Assembly (NCBI GenBank): GCA_017302815.1
Contig: JAFLCQ010000001.1
Coordinates: 17,652 to 81,651 of the forward strand
Source of the DNA: Planctomycetota bacterium
GTDB taxonomy: Bacteria; Planctomycetota; UBA11346
DNA: 64,000 nucleotides
Reading direction: 5' to 3'
The notes beneath the pieces are model-generated. The model saw only the letters and a program-made list of their open reading frames with translations. It had not been told where the DNA came from and ran no database searches. Shown here piece by piece: positions 1 to 8,524 of this stretch (its first letter is position 1; every line of letters starts with the position of its first letter). A program made the translations under genes and the position numbers.

Positions 1-443
1 CGCCATCCTGGCGCAGGTGGCTGTCGGCCTCGCCGGACCCGGAGGCGGCATCTGCGTCTGCTCCTCCTGCGTCGCCATCGCAAGCCGTGTTGATGCATGC
101 GACAGCTCCGTTGCCATGACGTGTGATGCCGAAGAGGCGGTCGTGATCGGCGCTCGTGGTTGCTCGAATTGCCACCTCATCCCGATGCCGCATACGGCAT
201 ATGCACCGACCGTTTCTGCGCCGTCGCATCCCGTCGCAGCGGTTGTGCCATCAGCCCCGTGCGTCGAGCCGATCCGGGCCTGGCCGCCTGCCCCGACATC
301 TCCCTCCGCGTCCTATCTCCGGCAGCGGACTCCGCCCAATCTGTATCTTCGTGTCCTGCGTTCGGTGGTGTTGACCTGCTGAGGCGTGCCAGCACGGGCC
401 TGCCCGTGCCGCACCCTGCCGTCATCCCATCCCAGGACACACC

Positions 444-1826
444 ATGCTGTTCCACCGCCGGCACCTCGCCGGACTGCTCGTGCCGACCTTGGCACTGGCG
501 GGCTGCGCGACCTACCGCCCGCAACCCCTCGATCCGACCGCTGAACTGGCCGCCTTGGCGCGCCGCGATCTCGCCGTGGTGGTCGAACATCCGACCCCGC
601 TGGGTCCGGTCGATCTTGGCGACGGCCTGGACGAGCGCGAACTGGTCGGCGTGGCCCTGTGCCTCAACCCTGACCTGGCCGAGCGCCGGGCCGGGCTGGG
701 GCTGGCCGAAGCCGCCCTGATCGAGGCCGGCCTATGGCCGAATCCCGAAGTGGGTGTCACCGCCCTGGGTGGCACCCCGGGCTTCTCACTCGACCTCGAC
801 CTGCTGCAGCCCCTGCTGCGTCCTGGCGAGCGGAAAGCCAAGCGTGAGGTCGCCGAAGCCGACCAGCGGGCTGCCGTGGCCGAACTGGCGGCAGCCGAGT
901 GGACGCTGGTTGCCGAGGTCCGCTCCACCCGGATGGACCTGCTGGCGGCGATGGCCCTCCAGGGTGCCGCCGAGGCATCGGCCAGGATCGCCACCCAGGC
1001 GTCCCAGGCGGTCACCGCCCAGCGCGCCCTGGGTGAGACCAACGATCTGGACGTGGCCCAGGCCACCTGGGAATCCGCCGAGGCGATGTCCGCCGTCCGC
1101 TCGGCCCAGGCCGAAGTCGAACGCGGTCGGCAGCAGCTCAACCGCCTCCTCGGCCTGCCGCCGCAGGCCCGTCTGACCCTCACCGGCGCCGGGGAGCCTC
1201 TGGCCTGGACTCCACCCTCGCTGTTGCCGACGGAGAACCTCGGTGCCGCGGTCCTCGATGGCCGCTGGGAACTGACCGTCGCCAAGGAGCGCTACGTGCG
1301 GGCCGACGCGGCCCTGCGGGTCGCCCTGGCCAAGCAGTACCCCAGCCTGCGGCTGGGACCGGCGCTTTCCCACGATGACACTGGAACGGGCATCGGCGTC
1401 GGCGCGAGCCTCGACTTGCCCATCTTCGACCGCAACCAGGGCGGTATCCGCGCCGCCGAGGCGGAGCGGGATCAGGCGCTGGCCGCCTACCGCGGACTGC
1501 TGCATCGCCTCACCGCCGACGCCGCCGCTGCTCAGGCTGATCTGGAACGCGCCAGTGCGCAGCTGGCCATCCGCGACCAGGATCTGCAGCCGGCGGCGAC
1601 CAAAGCCATGGCCCTCGCCGACCGCGCCCTGGCGGCGCATGACTGGGACCTGTCCACCTGGCTGACCATGCGACGGCGATGGATCGAGTCCCAGCGCAGC
1701 CGGCTGGACGCCGTGCTGGCCGCCGCCCGCGCCGGCATCGCCTTGGATGCGGCCCTGGGCCGCGCCCCGCATGCCCCGGCGCGCCCCACCGAGAACCGTC
1801 AGAGCACCGAAAGCCACACGCCATGA
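444..1826 (+). CDS. Outer-membrane efflux factor lipoprotein (TolC/CzcC-CusC family) of an HME-RND tripartite pump
   Basis: 460-aa ORF with a lipoprotein signal (LALAGC). Ala/Leu/Arg/Gln-rich coiled-coil composition typical of outer-membrane factors. Its stop overlaps the next start (ATGA at 1823-1826). Confidence 0.85.
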   Translation: MLFHRRHLAGLLVPTLALAGCATYRPQPLDPTAELAALARRDLAVVVEHPTPLGPVDLGDGLDERELVGVALCLNPDLAERRAGLGLAEAALIEAGLWPNPEVGVTALGGTPGFSLDLDLLQPLLRPGERKAKREVAEADQRAAVAELAAAEWTLVAEVRSTRMDLLAAMALQGAAEASARIATQASQAVTAQRALGETNDLDVAQATWESAEAMSAVRSAQAEVERGRQQLNRLLGLPPQARLTLTGAGEPLAWTPPSLLPTENLGAAVLDGRWELTVAKERYVRADAALRVALAKQYPSLRLGPALSHDDTGTGIGVGASLDLPIFDRNQGGIRAAEAERDQALAAYRGLLHRLTADAAAAQADLERASAQLAIRDQDLQPAATKAMALADRALAAHDWDLSTWLTMRRRWIESQRSRLDAVLAAARAGIALDAALGRAPHAPARPTENRQSTESHTP

Positions 1827-3199
1827 ACCCCGTTCTCAGCTTTGCCGGCCGCCATGTACCGGCCATCTGCTCCTTTGCCGTGCTCGCCGGGCTCTTCTGG
1901 TGGGGACATCACACCGGCTGGCGCCTCGCCAAGCCGGAGGCGGCTGCTCCGCATGCGGCGAGCGAGCACTGGTGCATGGAACATCATGTGCCTGAAGGCG
2001 ACTGCATCCTGTGCAAGAAGGATCTCGGCAAGGCTCTGACAGCGAAGGAACCGGAACGGCATCGGACGTCCGGCGAGGATATCCGTTTTGCCCAGATCGC
2101 CTCGGCCGAAGCCGTGGGCAAGTCAGGCATCCGCGTCGAGCCGGTCGTGATGGCCGCCGTGGCACCGCGCATGCGGGTCACCGGTGAGACGATCTACCTG
2201 CCCGAATCGGTGGCCCGTATCTCCAGCCGCAGCCCCGGGGTGGTCCGTCAGGTGCTGGTCCAGGTCGGCTCGACGGTTCCTGCCCATGCCGTGGTCGCGG
2301 TGGTCGATGCGGCTGAGGTCGGACGGGCCAAGTCGGCGTTCATGCAGGCGGTAGCTGGCCGCGTTGCCGCCCAGGCTACGGCAACGCGCGTCCGCGCCTC
2401 GGCGGAGGGCGGTTTCCGTTCTGCCGCCGAGGTGCAGGAGGTGGATGCGCGGCTGCGCAGCGCGGACATCAGCCTGTTCGATGCTGAGCAGGCCCTGCGC
2501 AACCTGGGGTTCCAGGTCGAGTGTGCGAGCCTGGCCAATCTGGAACCGGCTGCGCTGGCCGACCGGCTGCGTCGGCTGGGGCTGCCAGAGGGTTTGGACG
2601 ATGGCGGTTCCGCCAACCTCCTCCCGGTCCTGGCACCGCGCGCCGGTTCGGTCACCGAGATCCGCGCCGTAGCCGGTGAAGCGGTCGAGGTCAATGCGCC
2701 GCTCCTGGTGGTGGCCGATACCGGCTCCCTTTGGCTGTCGCTACCCGTCCCAGCCAATCGGGTTGGGCAGGTGGCGATCGGACAGACAGTGACCTTCACC
2801 GCCAGCGGTGGCCAGGAGGCGACCGGCACCGTGGCGGCCATCGCCCAGTCGGCAGACCAGCAGACCCGCCTGGTGACGGTCTGGGCGCGGCTGGCCAACC
2901 CCGAGCAACGTCTGCGCGTCGGCCTCTTCGGCCAGGCATCCATCACCACCGGCACGCCGGTGAGCGCTGCTGCCGTGCCACCCGGCGCCATCCAGTTCGA
3001 TGGCGACCAGGCCTACGTCTTCGTGCGCCGCACGCCGTCGATCTTCCGCAGCCTGCCGGTGCGCATCCTCGCCCGCGATGGCGCCCAGGTGGCGGTCGAC
3101 CGCCTGGCTGCCGGCGATGAGATCGCGGTGAGCGGCACCGGCATGCTCTTCTCGGCCACCTTCCCCGAGCGCATGGGCGCCGGCTGCACGGACGACTGA
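1823..3199 (+). CDS. Efflux RND periplasmic adaptor (membrane-fusion protein, CzcB/CusB-like) with N-terminal WCxxHxxPxxxCxxC motif
   Basis: In-frame ATG at 1823 (M49 of tracked ORF 1679..3199) overlaps the upstream stop. N-terminal TM helix followed by an MFP-like lipoyl/beta-barrel sequence pattern. Lies directly before the RND pump gene. Motif WCMEHHVPEGDCILC is at nt 1970-2014. Confidence 0.85.
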   Translation: MNPVLSFAGRHVPAICSFAVLAGLFWWGHHTGWRLAKPEAAAPHAASEHWCMEHHVPEGDCILCKKDLGKALTAKEPERHRTSGEDIRFAQIASAEAVGKSGIRVEPVVMAAVAPRMRVTGETIYLPESVARISSRSPGVVRQVLVQVGSTVPAHAVVAVVDAAEVGRAKSAFMQAVAGRVAAQATATRVRASAEGGFRSAAEVQEVDARLRSADISLFDAEQALRNLGFQVECASLANLEPAALADRLRRLGLPEGLDDGGSANLLPVLAPRAGSVTEIRAVAGEAVEVNAPLLVVADTGSLWLSLPVPANRVGQVAIGQTVTFTASGGQEATGTVAAIAQSADQQTRLVTVWARLANPEQRLRVGLFGQASITTGTPVSAAAVPPGAIQFDGDQAYVFVRRTPSIFRSLPVRILARDGAQVAVDRLAAGDEIAVSGTGMLFSATFPERMGAGCTDD

Positions 3200-3200
3200 C

Positions 3201-6200
3201 ATGCTCACCGCCATCATCGACTGGTCCCTGCGCCACCGCGTCGCGGTCGTCATCGGCGTCCTGATCTCGGTGTTCGCCGGGGTCATCGCCCTGCGCAGCA
3301 TCGACATCGACGCGTTCCCCGACACCACGCCGGTCCAGGTCCAGGTCAACACCGTCGCCCCGGCATTGGGACCGGAGGAGATCGAGCGCCAGATCACCGC
3401 CCAGGTCGAACAGGCCATCGGCGGACTGCCCAAGGTCATCAACGTCCGCTCGATCAGCAAATTCGGCCTGTCCCAGGTCGTGGTCGCCTTCGCCGACGGC
3501 ACTAACATCTGGTTCGCCCGCCAACTCATCGCCGAGCGCCTGAGTACCGTGGAACTGCCGGAAGGCATCGGCCGCCCGGAGATGGGGCCGGTGGCCACCG
3601 GCCTTGGCGAGGTCTTCCACTATATCGTGCGCAGCAAGTCGGGGGATCTGACCCAGGCCCGCACGATCCAGGATTGGATGATCAAGCCGGCCCTGCGCAC
3701 GGTGCCGGGCGTGGCCGAGGTCAACTCGTGGGGCGGATACGAGAAGCAGTACGAGATCCGTCTCGACCCCGAACGCCTGGTGGCGCGGGGATTGAGTCTC
3801 GACGCCGTCCTGGAACGGGTACGCGCTGGCAACCTGAACGTCGGCGGCGGAGTGGTGCAGCGCGGTGCGAGCACCTTGCTGGTGCAGGGACTCGGCCGGG
3901 TCGGCACGCTGGCAGAAATCGGCAATCTCGTGATCGCAGCGAAGGATGGAGTGCCGATCCGGCTGCGCGATGTGGCCGAGATAGGATTCGGCCACGAGAT
4001 CCGCCGCGGCGTGGTGACCGCAGACGGCCGCGGCGAGGCGGTGCTGGGCCTGGGCTTCCTGCTCATGGGTGAGAACTCCCACGAAGTCACCGCCCGCCTG
4101 CGCGCCAAGCTGGAGGAGGTCCGCCCCTTCCTGCCGCCGGACATCGAGGTCGATGTCGTGTACCAGCGCACCGAACTGGTCGACCATGTCATCGACACGG
4201 TGCGGAAGAACCTCTTCGAGGGCGGCCTGCTGGTCGTCGCCGTCCTCTTCATCTTCCTGGGCAACCTCCGCGCCGGGCTCATCGTCGCCGCCGCCATTCC
4301 CCTGTCGATGATGGTCGCCTTCGACGGCATGATGCGCTTCGGCATCGCCGCCAGCCTGCTCTCGCTGGGGGCGCTCGACTTCGGTCTGGTGGTCGACTCG
4401 TCGGTGATCCTCATCGAGAACTCGGTGCGACGGCTCAACGATCCACATGAGGCCAACCGCAGCGTCCTCGCGGTGGTGCGCGACAGCGCGGTCGAGGTCC
4501 TGCGTCCGGCCCTGTTCGGCGTGCTCATCATCATCATGGTCTATCTGCCCATCCTCACCCTGGAGGGCGTGGAAGGGAAGATGTTCCGGCCGATGGCGTT
4601 GACCGTCGTCTTCGCCCTGCTCGGCGCCATGGTCCTGTCGCTGACCCTGATGCCGGTCCTGGCGAGCTGGTTTCTCAAGCGCAGCGCTCATCCCGAGCAG
4701 GACCCCTGGCCGGTGCGCCTGGCGTCCTGGCTCTACGCTCCGTGCCTGCGCGTCGCCCTGCGCCACCGTCTGGCCGTCGTCGGCGCGGCACTGGCCAGTC
4801 TGTGCCTCGCCGCCCTGCTCTTCCGCGGCCTGGGCGCCGAGTTCATTCCGAAGCTGTCCGAAGGCAGCCTGGTGGCCAACACCATCCGCCTACCGGGCAT
4901 CAGCCTCGCATCGTCCGTGGCGGTGAACACCCGGATGGAGCAGATGATCCTGCGGGAGTTCCCCGATGAGGTGGACCATGCCTGGACCCGCATGGGCACG
5001 GCGGAGGTGGCGACCGATCCCATGGGCATCGAACTGGGCGACGTCTTCCTCGGCCTGAAACCACGCGAGGGCTGGACCAAGGCCAAGACCCAGGCCGAAC
5101 TGGCCGATCAGATCGCCCGCCTGCTGCGCGACCTGCCGGGCCAGACCGTCGCCATGACCCAGCCGATCGAGATGCGCATCAACGAGATGGTCAGCGGCGC
5201 CCGCGCCGATGTCGCCGTCAAGCTGTTCGGCGATGACATGGATCTCCTGCGCAGCAAGGCCGCCGAGATCGAGACCGCCCTCTATGGCGTCCAGGGATCG
5301 GACGGTATCAGCGTCGAGCAGACCACCGGCCAACCCTCCCTGCGCATCCGCGCCGACCCCGAGGCTTTGGCCAAGCACGGCATTCCCGCCAGCGAGGTCA
5401 TGGAAGTCATCAGCGCCATCGGCGGCACACCCCTCGGCGAGGTGGTCGAGGGGCAGTTGCGCTTCCCCTTGGTGGCACGGCTGCCCGCAGCCATCGGCGA
5501 TGATCCCGAACGCCTCGCCGACCTGCCCATCCTCGCCGCCGGTGGCGAGCGGCTGCAGCTGGCAACGGTGGCCAAGATCGAGACGACGCAGGAACCGCTG
5601 ACCATCACCCGCGAGTGGGGCCAGCGGCGCATCGTCATCCAGTGCAACGTGAAGGGCCGCGATGTGGCGTCATTCGTCACCGACGCCCAGGCCGCCATCG
5701 CCAAGGAAGTCACCCTGCCGCCGGGCCGGTGGCGGATCGAATGGGGTGGCCAGTTCGAGAACCTGGAACGCGCCCGCACCCGCCTGGCGATCGTGGTCCC
5801 CATCGTCCTGCTGACCATCTTCTTCCTCCTGCGCTGGTCGTTGGGCTCGGCCAAGCTCGCGGCCCTGGTGTACACTGCGGTGCCGGTGGCAGCGGTTGGA
5901 GGCATCGCCGGCCTGTGGTTGCGCGGCATGCCGTTCTCCATCTCGGCGGCGGTGGGCTTCATCGCCCTGGCCGGCGTCGCGGTGCTCAACGGCCTGGTCA
6001 TGGTGACCTTCATCCGGCAACTGCATCGTCGGGGCATGCCGCTGGAGGAGGCCATTGTGCAGGGCTCGCTGATCCGCCTGCGTCCGGTGCTGATGACCGC
6101 GCTGGTGGCCGCGCTCGGCTTCGTGCCCATGGCCCTGGCCACCGGCATGGGCGCCGAGGTGCAACGTCCGCTCGCGACCGTGGTCATCGCCGGCATCATC

Positions 6201-6356
6201 TCGTCGACCCTGCTCACGCTCATCCTCATCCCGGTGCTCTACAGCTGGTTCGAGCCGCGGGTCGTGGAGCAGGATGAGCCCGTCGACGAGGGGACCGTGC
6301 CACCGGAGCCACCTGCCCAACTGGAGCCAGCGCCTCATGGCGTTGATCAGACCTAG
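3201..6356 (+). CDS. Heavy-metal-efflux RND transporter permease (CusA/CzcA family)
   Basis: 1051 aa. N-terminus MLTAIIDWSLRHR...IDAFPDTTPVQVQV and the overall 12-TM/two-large-loop layout are characteristic of CusA/CzcA pumps. Third gene of the C-B-A order. Confidence 0.93.
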   Translation: MLTAIIDWSLRHRVAVVIGVLISVFAGVIALRSIDIDAFPDTTPVQVQVNTVAPALGPEEIERQITAQVEQAIGGLPKVINVRSISKFGLSQVVVAFADGTNIWFARQLIAERLSTVELPEGIGRPEMGPVATGLGEVFHYIVRSKSGDLTQARTIQDWMIKPALRTVPGVAEVNSWGGYEKQYEIRLDPERLVARGLSLDAVLERVRAGNLNVGGGVVQRGASTLLVQGLGRVGTLAEIGNLVIAAKDGVPIRLRDVAEIGFGHEIRRGVVTADGRGEAVLGLGFLLMGENSHEVTARLRAKLEEVRPFLPPDIEVDVVYQRTELVDHVIDTVRKNLFEGGLLVVAVLFIFLGNLRAGLIVAAAIPLSMMVAFDGMMRFGIAASLLSLGALDFGLVVDSSVILIENSVRRLNDPHEANRSVLAVVRDSAVEVLRPALFGVLIIIMVYLPILTLEGVEGKMFRPMALTVVFALLGAMVLSLTLMPVLASWFLKRSAHPEQDPWPVRLASWLYAPCLRVALRHRLAVVGAALASLCLAALLFRGLGAEFIPKLSEGSLVANTIRLPGISLASSVAVNTRMEQMILREFPDEVDHAWTRMGTAEVATDPMGIELGDVFLGLKPREGWTKAKTQAELADQIARLLRDLPGQTVAMTQPIEMRINEMVSGARADVAVKLFGDDMDLLRSKAAEIETALYGVQGSDGISVEQTTGQPSLRIRADPEALAKHGIPASEVMEVISAIGGTPLGEVVEGQLRFPLVARLPAAIGDDPERLADLPILAAGGERLQLATVAKIETTQEPLTITREWGQRRIVIQCNVKGRDVASFVTDAQAAIAKEVTLPPGRWRIEWGGQFENLERARTRLAIVVPIVLLTIFFLLRWSLGSAKLAALVYTAVPVAAVGGIAGLWLRGMPFSISAAVGFIALAGVAVLNGLVMVTFIRQLHRRGMPLEEAIVQGSLIRLRPVLMTALVAALGFVPMALATGMGAEVQRPLATVVIAGIISSTLLTLILIPVLYSWFEPRVVEQDEPVDEGTVPPEPPAQLEPAPHGVDQT

Positions 6357-6398
6357 ACCCTCCCCGTCCCACCCAACCCCTGAACCCCAGGAGATACC

Positions 6399-6716
6399 AT
6401 GATACACCCCATCACCCTCAGCCTGCTGCTGATCCTCGGCTGCAGTCCCTTTGCCGCCGCAGCAGATACCCCTGCTGCCGGCGAAGCCACCAAGGTCGAA
6501 CGTCTGAAGACCGACCAGTGGTGCTGGACGCATGATGTCCCCAAGGACAAGTGCGTCACCTGCGACCGCAAACTCATCCCCGCCCTCAAGAAGGCGAAGG
6601 ACTGGTGCAGCGAGCACGAAGCGCCGGAGTCGATCTGCGTGAAGTGCGATCCCAAAGGCGCCAAGGCTCAGATCGACGCGCTGCGTCCGACCGAGAAGCC
6701 CAAGGATGTGAAGTGA
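6399..6716 (+). CDS. Small secreted lipoprotein with two tandem WCxxHxxPxxxCxxC motifs (putative periplasmic metal-binding accessory protein)
   Basis: AGGAG RBS before the ATG. Signal/lipobox LLILGCS. Motifs WCWTHDVPKDKCVTC (nt 6519-6563) and WCSEHEAPESICVKC (nt 6603-6647). Sits 42 nt after the RND pump gene. Confidence 0.75.
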   Translation: MIHPITLSLLLILGCSPFAAAADTPAAGEATKVERLKTDQWCWTHDVPKDKCVTCDRKLIPALKKAKDWCSEHEAPESICVKCDPKGAKAQIDALRPTEKPKDVK

Positions 6717-6811
6717 GCTGATTCGTCATGCGTTCGATCTCCCCGTGGCCGTGTGGGCCGCGGGGGACCGAACGCCTATCCCAGCACCATGACCAACCCA
6801 AGGAGATGCAC

Positions 6812-7105
6812 ATGCACCGCAACCTCGTGATCGCACTGGGCGTGGCAGGACTTGCCGCGTTCGTCGCCGCCGGCTGTCAGGGCGGCCGAACCACGTCATC
6901 CGCGCCCAAAACGTATCCGCTTACGACCTGCTTGGTGGCGCCGGTTCCCCTGGAGGCGTTGGGGGGATCCGTGACGACCACCTACCGGGACCAGGAGGTG
7001 AAGTTCTGCAGCGTGGCCTGCCGAGACGAGTTCCTGAAGGCCCCGAGCCGGTATCTGGGCAAGATCCAGCCGCCGGAGGAAGACAACTTCCACTGGGGTG
7101 GATAG
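6812..7105 (+). CDS. YHS/TRASH-like metal-binding lipoprotein
   Basis: AAGGAG lies 6 nt before the ATG at 6812; ATG 6806 is also possible. Lipobox FVAAGC. C-terminal pattern Y..Q.VKFCSVACRDEFLKAPSRY resembles the YHS domain (y.FCS..C...F...P..Y). Confidence 0.7.
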   Translation: MHRNLVIALGVAGLAAFVAAGCQGGRTTSSAPKTYPLTTCLVAPVPLEALGGSVTTTYRDQEVKFCSVACRDEFLKAPSRYLGKIQPPEEDNFHWGG

Positions 7106-7311
7106 TCCTAACACACGATTGAGTCGGCAACGCGAGCGCGCTCATGGGGCTTGGCCGAGCTCGTCACATTCATGTCCGAATCCGGCGTGAACCGGGGTGG
7201 AATTTGGCCTGTCCTTTGTTTTCTCGACCGGCGGCCAGCGAGCGGTTCTCGGCAGAGGCATGGACTGCTGGCTTGCCAGCCGCGAACCAGCTTCAACGCT
7301 ACAGGCAAGTA

Positions 7312-7345
7312 GTCGCCAGCCGATCCAAACAGATCGGCTGGCGAC
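7312..7345. repeat. Perfect 14-bp-stem hairpin (GTCGCCAGCCGATC-caaaca-GATCGGCTGGCGAC) in a 485-bp ORF-free gap
   Basis: Read directly from the sequence. No T-tract follows on either strand, so it is not a canonical intrinsic terminator. Confidence 0.9.
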
Positions 7346-7601
7346 CAGATCTCTGGCAATGCGGTTGGCGTGATCGCCCTGCAGGCCTGGATGGTCGATG
7401 GTCCTGTCGAGGTGCGGTCAACCTTCTGACTGGTGCCGGTAGCCAACCGGCTGGCCGATGGCAAAGCAGGTCGCACACGAAGACATCGTTGGACTGTGCC
7501 CCGCCATGGGTGAGCCACTGGCTGAAGATGCAGGTTGCAGGCGCTGACGGCAATGTGACCCGGTGGAAATTCGGTAAGCTAACGGTTGTTTGCCGTCTCA
7601 T

Positions 7602-7623
7602 TCATACACGATGCTGTGTATGA
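7602..7623. promoter_or_regulatory. Candidate ArsR/SmtB operator: perfect 8-6-8 inverted repeat TCATACAC-gatgct-GTGTATGA
   Basis: The palindrome abuts or overlaps the probable start codons (7620/7623) of the ArsR-family gene. ArsR/SmtB repressors usually autoregulate through such dyads. Confidence 0.55.
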
Positions 7624-8051
7624 TGGCCATAACCGCCGCCTCTGCCTCCAAGCCCAGTCCCGCTATCCTGGATCGTCGCCAGATGACGATGGTGGCATCG
7701 GCCCGGATCGCCCGTTTCTTCCGTCTCCTCGCTACCCCGGCCCGCCTCCGTCTGATCCACGCCTTGGTGTTGCACGGGGAACTCCCCATGCATCGACTGG
7801 CAGAGGCAGCCGACATGCGTCTCCAGGCGGCGTCCAACCAGGTGCAGCGCCTCGTCCAGGCGGGCGCATTGCATCGTCGCAAAGCCGGTCGCGATGCCTT
7901 CTACACCATCACCGATCCCTGCCTGATCCATCTGCTCGATGCCGGCTGGTGCCTGCTGGATGACCGGCAGGCCAGGGTCTCTGGCCGCCTGACCACCTCC
8001 TGCTCAAGGACCACCACATGCCCTCCCACTTCCGCTCCCTGTTCCTGCTGA
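7620..8051 (+). CDS. ArsR/SmtB-family metalloregulatory transcriptional repressor
   Basis: wHTH core IARFFRLLATPARLRLIHALVLHGELPMHRLAEAADMRLQAASNQVQRLVQAGALHRRKAGRDAFYTI is typical of ArsR family proteins. The start is uncertain (7590, 7620 or 7683, all in frame). Confidence 0.85.
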   Translation: MMAITAASASKPSPAILDRRQMTMVASARIARFFRLLATPARLRLIHALVLHGELPMHRLAEAADMRLQAASNQVQRLVQAGALHRRKAGRDAFYTITDPCLIHLLDAGWCLLDDRQARVSGRLTTSCSRTTTCPPTSAPCSC

Positions 8052-8524
8052 CGTTGATCGCCGCCACGGCGTCCGCCGCCGAGGCGTGCGGTCCAGCCTG
8101 TGCTCCAGGCGACACGTCAACCACGGCACCCGTTGCGGGGGCATGCGCACCAGCAGCAGTGCCCGCCACCGCCCCAGTCGCTGCTCCAGCACCACCGAAT
8201 CCCGCTCCCGTAGCCGCTGTCCCCGCTACCCCCGCACCACAACGCCGGACGCTGGCGGCCCTCCTGGATGCTCCCGAGAGCCAGCGTGACGTGCCGATCA
8301 TCCTGGAAGGCCACTTCGTGAACGTGTGCTGTGCCGGGTGCTTCACCTACAAGGAGGGCGTCGACGCGATCGAGGTGCGGACGACGGTCACGGGTTGGGA
8401 ACGCTATGCCGCTGGGACCCCGGTGCGCCTCCAGGGTAGTCTCCGCGTGGTCGAGAAGCGGACGGCGGCAGGCGGCACCCAGAAGCTGCTGCACATCGAG
8501 GCCACCAGCGTGGAGACGCGATGA
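8018..8524 (+). CDS. Secreted Cys-containing hypothetical protein (signal peptide, Ala/Pro-rich linker, C-terminal compact domain with CCAGC)
   Basis: Signal peptide MPSHFRSLFLLTLIAATASAAEA. Cys clusters CGPACAPGD and NVCCAGC. Its stop overlaps the start of the FtsX-like permease (ATGA at 8521-8524). Confidence 0.65.
   Translation: MPSHFRSLFLLTLIAATASAAEACGPACAPGDTSTTAPVAGACAPAAVPATAPVAAPAPPNPAPVAAVPATPAPQRRTLAALLDAPESQRDVPIILEGHFVNVCCAGCFTYKEGVDAIEVRTTVTGWERYAAGTPVRLQGSLRVVEKRTAAGGTQKLLHIEATSVETR

Noticed and set aside
1-443. ORFs 17..382 (+), 160..720 (+) and 177..590 (-) at the left edge
   Set aside because: They are overlapping, Arg/Pro/Ala/Cys-rich low-complexity translations with no recognisable motif. 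The interval is probably the upstream or regulatory region of the efflux operon, or the tail of something outside the window.
2943-4766. 607-aa minus-strand ORF, plus similar antisense ORFs at 786..1817 and 3620..4537
   Set aside because: It lies fully antisense to the well-supported RND pump, adaptor and outer-membrane-factor genes. The composition is Arg/Gly/His/Asp/Gln-rich low-complexity, as expected for the antisense frame of GC3-rich genes. No motif is recognisable.
7108-7623. ORFs 7108..7518 (-) and 7144..7623 (+) in the gap before the ArsR gene
   Set aside because: They are mutually overlapping on opposite strands with Arg/Trp/Cys/Pro-rich composition, and have no RBS or motif. I treated the interval as noncoding.
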